The notes under the pieces are model-generated. The model saw only the letters and a list, made by a program, of their open reading frames with translations, was not told the origin of the DNA and made no database searches. DNA of 64,000 nt, taken from NCBI RefSeq assembly GCF_009914755.1, contig NC_060925.1, one strand, 5' to 3'. Shown here one piece after another: positions 55,966 to 64,000 of this stretch (the stretch's first letter is position 1; the number at the start of each line of letters is the position of its first letter). This DNA comes from the human T2T-CHM13v2.0 reference genome, Homo sapiens. The translations under genes were made by a program, and so were the position numbers.

Positions 55966-57139
55966 TTGAGATAGATAAAAGATTTAAATGTAAGACCTCA
56001 AACTAGAAGAATCCTAGGATAAAACCTAGGAAACATCATTCTGGACATCATCCTTGGCAAAGAATTTATGACTAAGTCCTCAAAAGCAATTGCAACAAAA
56101 ACAACAATTGACAAGTAGGACCTAATTTAAACTAAAGAGTTTCTGCACAGCAAAAGAAACTATAACAGAATAAAGAGTCTCCAGAATGGGAGAAAATATT
56201 TACAAACTATGCATCTGGAAAAGATCTAATATTCAGAATCCATAAAGAACTTAAACAATTCAACAAGCAAAAAACAAATAATCCTACTAAAAGGTGGGCA
56301 GAAGATATGAACAGACACTTCTCAAAAGAAGACATACAAGTGGCCAGCAAACATAAAAATATACCCCACATTACTAATCATCAGAAAAATGCAAATCAAA
56401 ACCACAATTAGATACCCTCTCACACCAGTCGGAAGGGCTATCATTAAAAAGTCAAAAGACAGATGCTGGTAAAGCTGCACAGAGAAGGGAACGCCTATAC
56501 ATTGTTTGTGGGAATGTAAATCAGTTCAGCCACTGTGGAAAGCAGTTTAGAGATTTCTTAAGGAACTTAGAACTACCATTCAACCCAGAAATCCCATTAC
56601 TGGATATACACCAAAGGAATATAAATCATTCTACCAAAAATACACATGCACTGGTATGTTCATCACGGCACTATTCACAGTGGCAAAGACCATGAAATTA
56701 ACCTAGGTGGCCATCAACAGTGAACTGGGTAAGCAAATGTGATACATATACGCCATGCAATACTATGCGACCATGAAAAGAATGAACAGCAACATGGATG
56801 CAGCTGGAGGCCATTGTCCTAAGCAAATTAACACAGTAACAGGAAACCAAATGCTGCATTTTATCACTAAAAGTGAGAGCTAAAAAATGGGTACTCGTGC
56901 ACATAAAATTGGCAACAATAGATAGAGGACTACTTGAGTGGGGAGGTAGGAAGAGGGGGAAGGGTTGAAAAACTATTGGGTACTATGCTCAGTACCTGGG
57001 TAAAGGGATCAATGGTACCATAAACCTCAGTATCACACAACATACCCAAGTAAAACCCCAGCACATGTACCCCTGAACCTAAAATAAAAGTTAAAATTAT
57101 AAAATAAAATAAAACAAATATTTGGTTTAAAACTACAAC
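55966..57139 (+). mobile_element. 5'-truncated L1PA16/L1PB-type LINE-1
   Basis: ORF2 3' region and 3' UTR (gaatttatgactaagtcctcaaaagcaattgcaac, ttgaaaaactattgggtactatgctca). 22-bp TSD aaaaat(c/t)atctagggtttaaac at 55944-55965 and 57140-57161, TT/AAAA target site. Confidence 0.93.
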
Positions 57140-58114
57140 AAAAATTATCTAGGGTTTAAACAAGACTGCCTTTTTTAAAAAGGGACTTAAGTTGCAAAGC
57201 AGGCTGTTGCTTTTTATTTTAAGTCTGCACTATTAGCTTTTTAACTGTGTGCATATATTAATTATATGGAAAATATAATATAGTTTAAGTAATAACTACA
57301 TGTTCAACTCCACTTGCAGCTTAAAAATACGAACAGTCATTTGAAATTTAATTACTTATTATGTAAGGAGTCTGAATGCAAATTTTATGCAGAAATTTGC
57401 AGCAGATGTGGGCAGAAACAGATAGAAGCACTTCTGATCCACTTAGTGTGTGCAATAACTGATCATCCTCCCCAAGTGCACTGCTATTTTTTTGTGAGTG
57501 ATTTCTCTGCATGGCCATTACTAACCCATAATAAAATACAGTTCCTCTGCTGGGAGAATTTGACTTCAAGAATTACAAAAGGTTTATGGTTTCTTTGTGT
57601 TATTGGTATCCTTCTGTATCCTGGTTCTTTCATCAAGGAGAAATATTTTATGAAAAGCAGAAGAGTTCTTCCATAAGGCAGGGTAATAATCTCTCATTTT
57701 CTTCTCAGTTGTGATTTCCATTAAACCAAAGATAGGCATGATTGAATTGTTTGCTTTTCTGCTGATGGTTGCTTTGCTGCAGACATTTCTAATTTCTTGG
57801 TTACTTGTAAAAATATTATGACTTCTAATACATGTAATTACTTTTACTTGTAACAAAACTGGAATGCAGCAGAGATATACACTAGTGAGGACAGAAACTT
57901 GGAAGACAGGCTAGAGTAAAAGTCCTTTCAAAAATTAGCTAGAATAATAATATGCCTAAGTCAGGTAAGAAGTAATCTTTTGGTCAAATAATGACAGTCT
58001 CTACAGAGGAAAAAATTTAAAAAAGGAAAAAAAAAACTTATCATCTGGAAAGGAATTAAATTCCCATTTAGGCCAACACTTGAAGGAGAAGGAATGGTGA
58101 GGGGTCCTCATTCA

Positions 58115-58486
<372 letters not shown>

Positions 58487-58520
58487 TCACCTCAATTCTC
58501 CCTTCAAATGCTGGCAAGTG

Positions 58521-58800
58521 GGCCAGGTATGGTGGTTAATGCCTGTAATCCTATCACTTTAGGAGGACAAAGTGGGAGGATCACTTGAGGCCAGGAGTTT
58601 GAGACCAGCCTAGAAACGTAACAGGACACCCTCTTTACAAAAAAACTTCATATTATCTAAGTGTGGTGGCATGTGCCTGTAGTCTTAGCTACTTGGGAGA
58701 CTGAAACGAGCTATGATTGCATTACTGCACTCCAGCCTTGGCGACAGAGCAAGACCCTGTCTCAAAAAAATAAATAAATAAATAAAATAAATAAAACAAA
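58521..58800 (+). mobile_element. AluJ with an internal right-arm deletion
   Basis: gggaggatcacttgaggccaggag, gagctatgattgc, gcaagaccctgtctc. Confidence 0.88.
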
Positions 58801-58829
58801 TGTTGACAATACTGATAGCTGCATGTCAG

Positions 58830-59240
58830 ATGTTCTTTGTGTTTTGCTGTCTGTATTTCCCCAGATGATTGAATCCATTGTATAATGGTTCCCAATTTCC
58901 ATTTGGATATTGCTCACTTTGAAAACCATCTCTCAGTCTTCTCTCAAAATTTCTAAGCCCCTCTATCCGTCTGTTTGCATATTTTATTAGCATGTCAAAT
59001 TTACTAAGTTCAGAAATTAACTCCTTTACATTCTGCAACCAACAAAAATTAGCTTTTTTTGATTCTACCAACAGAATTTCATAATTCTGTTTTTTCCTCT
59101 CCATCTACTACTGCCACTACCCTGCCCTAGCCATTATCATCTTTTATCTGAATTAATGTAAGAAGTTTCTACATGGTCTTTCTGAATCCACTCTTCTTTG
59201 GACTTCCTGTTTATTCCTTATGTGTAGCCAAATGCAAATA
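58830..59240 (+). mobile_element. L2 fragment
   Basis: cctctccatctactactgccactaccctgccctagccattatcatcttttatctgaa. Confidence 0.6.
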
Positions 59241-59769
59241 TGATTTATATGCATATATGTAATATACATACACAAATATGTGTATATATAATACACACAC
59301 TTTTTTTGGTAACATAGTTATGTAGAGGATTTTTCATATAGTTCCGTAAGAGAGTTTTTCTGTTGATTTCACATATACATTTAAAAGTGAGCATCTTTAC
59401 TTTAACCAGCCTGAACTTTTGTTCTTTTGAAATAACAGAGCAATTCTAACTCAATGTACTTTTAGAAAATGTTTATTGCAACTGTTTAAAAGTAGTGTGA
59501 TATTGAAAATGTTCTAAATGTATTACATTTAAAAAATGGTCCATGTAACTTGAGTTACTTTCTTTCATTGGAATGCATGTGAAAGTTTTAAATTTACTCT
59601 GTACAAACAGGTTTAAGGAAAGGGTATTATCTTACTATTTAACTTTCTAATGCTGTGATAGTGAAAAGTATCCATCCTCATGTTATTAATTCTGCAAACA
59701 GAACCATGTGATAATAGAGCTAAACCTCAATTCAATAAGAATGCCTATCATCCATTTTTTTCTCTAGGC

Positions 59770-60112
59770 AACTATTTCTCTAATTTCAATTCGCAAATAG
59801 GAGCTTATTAAAATATCATACTCCAGACATAATGGATTGGAATCTCTGTGTCTTGGGGCTCTAAAGTCTTCATATTTAACAATTGTGTATGATTAATTTT
59901 ATAAATACAAAAGTTTAAGAAAAGCCATTTCAGACTGTTACTATTTAAAGTGCCGTCCTTAGATCAGCAATGTTGTTATCACCTGGGAACTTCTTAAAAA
60001 TAAAAATCTCAGGCCCCATCCCAAACCTACTCTATCAAAAACAATGATTTAATAAGTCTCTATGTCCTTATTAAGTCTCTAAGTCCTTAAACTTCAGAAG
60101 CAATAATCTAGA
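59770..60112. mobile_element. Two adjacent MER5 (B-like, then A-like) relics
   Basis: ggagcttattaaaata...ggaatctctg, and atcacctgggaactt.ttaaaaat.aaaatctcaggccccatccca.acctact. Confidence 0.65.
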
Positions 60113-60539
60113 TAATAATTTAGATCCATTTAACTCTGACAGTCATTTGGAGAGATCAATTCCTAAGATTTCTATTAAACTCCTTTAACTTTAGGGCCTA
60201 TGAAAAATAATAGAGATAACTAAATAGCAAGAAATTTCAAGTAGAAATTGAAAGTGGAATAAAATAATACGAAACGTTAGAGTAGTAGCAAGCTAATCTA
60301 CATTGTCTCAATTTTGTCTCCTATTATCTTGTCATATCCTATTAGTGATTATGGATGTGAATTAAAAAGATGTGAGACAGATATTTTCTTGAAATAAATA
60401 GCTTCATGTCCAAAGTCATAAAGTGGAGTAGGTGCCTAAATTATTGTTTGAATGCAAGGAACCCAATATGCCTTGTGTATTAAACATAACACAGGTTTGG
60501 TGGGGGGAACAACAAAAAATGAATCCTACACGCGTAGGC

Positions 60540-61350
60540 TTATTCATGGAGAAACATGAATAGCCTGACTATGTATAGATCTAGACTGAAAGCAATGTAG
60601 ATTTAGTGGAATAATTTTTTTTCTTACAATGAAGAATGAAAAAATGAAAGAAAGACTGTTTTAGACACTTTGAGGTGGAAAGTAGAAGAACAAAGACTAG
60701 TTAAGAGAACATTTTAGTCATTTGGGTGGGAGAAAACAAAGGCCAGAAATCAAGGCCCAAGTGGGATTTAGGATAAATTTTTGATACACAAACGACAAAT
60801 TAGTGCCAGATAAGAGATCGCTGTTCATGGAGAAGTAGTTGAAAATAACAACAATTTATTCCTGGAAAAATTATGTCTATGGAATGTTTGGACTGAGCAG
60901 CAGTTTGGAGGCATGGATGGAGATGATGAGCTCACTCTTGGTCAGGTGTGTTTGAGCCATCTCTGCTCAATTCAACGTGGAGTAAAATTTGGGTATGAAA
61001 CTCAGAGGAGAATTAGGTCTGAAAGCATAGGTTTGAAAGTTACTAAAATTTTGGCAATAGATAAAGTCATCATGGATAATTTCCTTTAGTAGGAGTATGT
61101 TAAGAGAGAAAACCAAATTTAGAACCGTGAGAAATACAAAGAAATAAAGAAAAGATGTAAAAAGAGGAGAGTGACAATAAGAAACTAAGGGGTAATTTGG
61201 TATTAGTCAAATAATATCAGCTTCTTCAAAGGGGGTAATAAAAATGGAAATGAACTCAGGAGAATGTTTTTTCTTTTCTTTTTTTTTTATAGTAGGGAAT
61301 AAAATTCAGTTTGTTTAGGAGTGAATAAGAATTGAATTCGTGGAGGCAGT
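60540..61350 (-). mobile_element. L2 fragment
   Basis: gcagtttggagg...gatgatgagctcactcttggtcagg..tgtttgag, gaaactcagaggagaatt.ggtctga. Confidence 0.6.
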
Positions 61351-62044
61351 CCACTAACTTCAATGAAGAAAAAGAAAAAAACAGAGATATAGATTTAGTA
61401 TTCTGCTACATGTAGAACTTTTTTTTTTCCAGAAAGCTGATTATAATTTTTCTTGATTAGAGTCCTGCTGCTGGTTGCCTGTTGGGTATGTCCAATTCTT
61501 GATGGTTTTCCACAATCAGACTTAGACTTGTTCAGCCAAAAACAATTTCTATTTTCATTTATTTTGCAGAAAATTGGCAATCAGGATTTGATACCAACGA
61601 ACATCATTTTTGACAGATATAAAAATACCATTTTTAATATAAGTAGCTCCAATTTAAAATTCTGATTCTTGGAACACTAGACCCCTCCTACTTGTCACGT
61701 GATCCAGTTTATTGAATGAGGGCTTTAATTGTAAACCTTTTTAACCAAACCAGTTTCAGATAATGTTTATTTTCCATCATTTTCATCAGGCTGCAGGAAA
61801 AATACTAGTAGGTCAATTTTACACCAATTTTTCACAAGAGTCAGAAATGTCTGAGAAAATAATTAGGCTAACAAGATGTATTTTATATTCCCAGGTTTGC
61901 TTATCCGTCTTTGGGAATACAGTCTAAAAACCCTTTTAACAATAGAAAAAAGGAATATTTGATTAGTTCCTGCAATCTTCATCTTTCTTCATTCCAACCA
62001 GTCGGTACATTGAAGAAAAGCCAATGTGTTAAAATTATTTGAGC

Positions 62045-62197
62045 GGATGGCGTTAGGAGATATACCTAATGCTAAATGACGAGTTAATGGGTGCAGCACA
62101 CCAACATGGCATATGTATACATATATAACAAACCTGCACGTTGTGCACATGTACCCTAAAACTTAAAAGTATAATAATAATAAAAAAGAAAGAGAAA
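62045..62197 (+). mobile_element. Very short L1PA3/4-like 3' end
   Basis: ttaggagatatacctaatgctaaatgacgagttaatgggtgcagcacaccaacatggc...gtaccctaaaactt. Perfect TSD aaaattatttgagc at 62031-62044 and 62198-62211, TT/AAAA site. Confidence 0.95.
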
Positions 62198-64000
62198 AAA
62201 ATTATTTGAGCAATGGATAAGCAAAAAGGTACATTTTTTTCCATAATCTCTTTGTTAAAAATAAATATATATCAAAGTATGAGATAACAAAACAAATTTC
62301 AATAAACAATTTCATTTATTTCCCACGATATCACATTGTTTGATGCTAGAACAATATATCAAATCATATTCCATGACATAAATCACTAAAAACAGTTATT
62401 CGCCTTTGTAATTCTCCTGTGACTTTCATAAACCACTGGATATCCTTCAGAATTTGTGAAGATATTCTTAGAATCTCCTCAGCACCAGTATCTTTCAGAG
62501 GACATAATAAAGGTGGAGGAGAAAGGAAGTACAACTAAACATATCAAAGTTACCTATATCTCTCTCTCTTACTTCCTAAAAGCACTGTCAGCTCACCTCT
62601 AGGTGCTTTATGCTTTCATACCAACCTTTCTTTTCTCCCAATACACTATCAGCAATTGTTGAGTATGTAGATGCCAAAAATATAATTTTCCATTTCTGGG
62701 AAGTATCTCAAGGGCATGCCTCAAAACAAAACAAGCAGTTATAAATGTCCTTATCTGTGAATATGCTTTCACAAAACCCTGGGAGGAAGTGTCCAAGGAA
62801 GAGGGAGTGGGAGAAATGATTTTCAGGACTGCTGTGAATTTAGTAACTGGGAAGCTGAAATCTGACCATCAGTGCTGGCAGAATTTAGATTATTGTAGAC
62901 ACTTCAAGAGAAAATGAAACAAAAATGTAGAAGCATAATTGGTTTTAGCCTGATGGAAAACTGGCTTGAGAGGATAATAGGAAATGCCTAAGAAAAAATA
63001 CTAAGTATACAAAATGTCTTCAACTTGTCTTAACAAAGCTGGTGAAGATTTTTGTGCATGTTTTGAGTTTTAGATCAAATTTACCTTAATAACCTTGAGG
63101 AAATAAATTGTCTTCCTACTGTTTGATTTCTTTCATTTTCCTCAAGAAATGAGTGCTCCTAGGAATGACATCTATATTTTCCTCAAGGAAAGAACAGATG
63201 TAGATGACAAAAAATTCCTCTTTTCTCCCTATTTGGGAAAGAAAGCCATTCTCCTTGGTGGTAATCAAGTGAAAAAAGAACAGTCAAAGCAGCATGGTGA
63301 TATAACTGCTGCCATCCCAGTTTCCCTTCTAAACTACCACCAAAAGGATGAGCTTCACTGTCTTCATCCTGGAAGTTACTCACAAGAGATGTTGAAATGA
63401 GACAAGATGTCACATTGCATGAATTATTCACATTGACTTGTGATTATGGCAGTAGTAGAAAGACAAGTATATGCAAGATGAAAAATTCTTTGTGCTTTCA
63501 GGCTAAACATGACATATGTATACAAAATCACAATCCTACCTCTGTTGTTTCTCTTTAATCCACTCAAGATCCCCTCCCAGCAATTTCTTGCTGTTCTGGA
63601 CCACACAAGAACTGTTCTTATTTACTGTTCTTCCTATTGTGGTATCTGTTGCTATAATATGGGCAGATCCAAGACAACTTCTTATGAATACCGTGGAGTC
63701 TTTCTTCTAAAAAAATATTGTTTTTGCTTTATGTGATCAAAAGAACTGTATACTCTCTTGTTCACATCTTAATGCCTATTTCTGTTAAACTGAACTGTTT
63801 GTCTTTTCCCCATTCCTTTTACTTTAGTTTTCAGTTTTGACTGAGAATATTTTCTTTTCAACTACTCTGCTTATTGCTAAGACTTCTAAAATCATATTAA
63901 TCTGAATTTTACTCCTCACCTGCCAGTAACATTTTGAGACCATTCTTATTTTTATCCCTTCAGTGTATTCATGTCCTGGGCAACTTCCTTTACAGAGCTG

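Noticed and set aside
57314-57676. Longest ORF in the window (120 aa)
   Set aside because: Non-ATG (TTG) start, no recognisable homology, and a composition typical of non-coding AT-rich DNA.
61453-61665. 70-aa ORF with a signal-peptide-like N-terminus (MIRVLLLVACWVCPILDG)
   Set aside because: It starts at TTG, and there is no promoter, exon or family evidence. Hydrophobic runs are common in T-rich frames.

Overview
AT-rich, CpG-poor primate (almost certainly human) genomic DNA, either intergenic or deep intronic. I find no credible protein-coding gene, RNA gene or CpG island. The ORF track is explained by Alu, L1, LTR and simple-repeat sequence, or by chance. The window is a layered record of transposable elements: about 15 Alus (J, S and Y, including one near-pristine AluYc1-like copy), L1 fragments from L1M/L1ME/L1MC to L1PA3-4, L2 and MIR relics, solo LTRs (THE1, MST, MLT1, MLT2, MER11A, MER41-group, MER34, LTR26) and DNA transposon fossils (Tigger1, MER20, MER1B, MER5). 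I could not support a new biological system. The most notable structures are a very young AluYc1-like insertion and a MER11A LTR both nested in one MLT1A, two L1 insertions with 5'-inversion geometry (one joins the extreme 5' UTR to the 3' end), a closely spaced head-to-head Alu pair, DUX4-consensus motifs in MaLR LTRs, and several small non-B-DNA or template-switch motifs. Subfamily names come from recalled consensus sequences, not a database search, and boundaries of old repeats are approximate.
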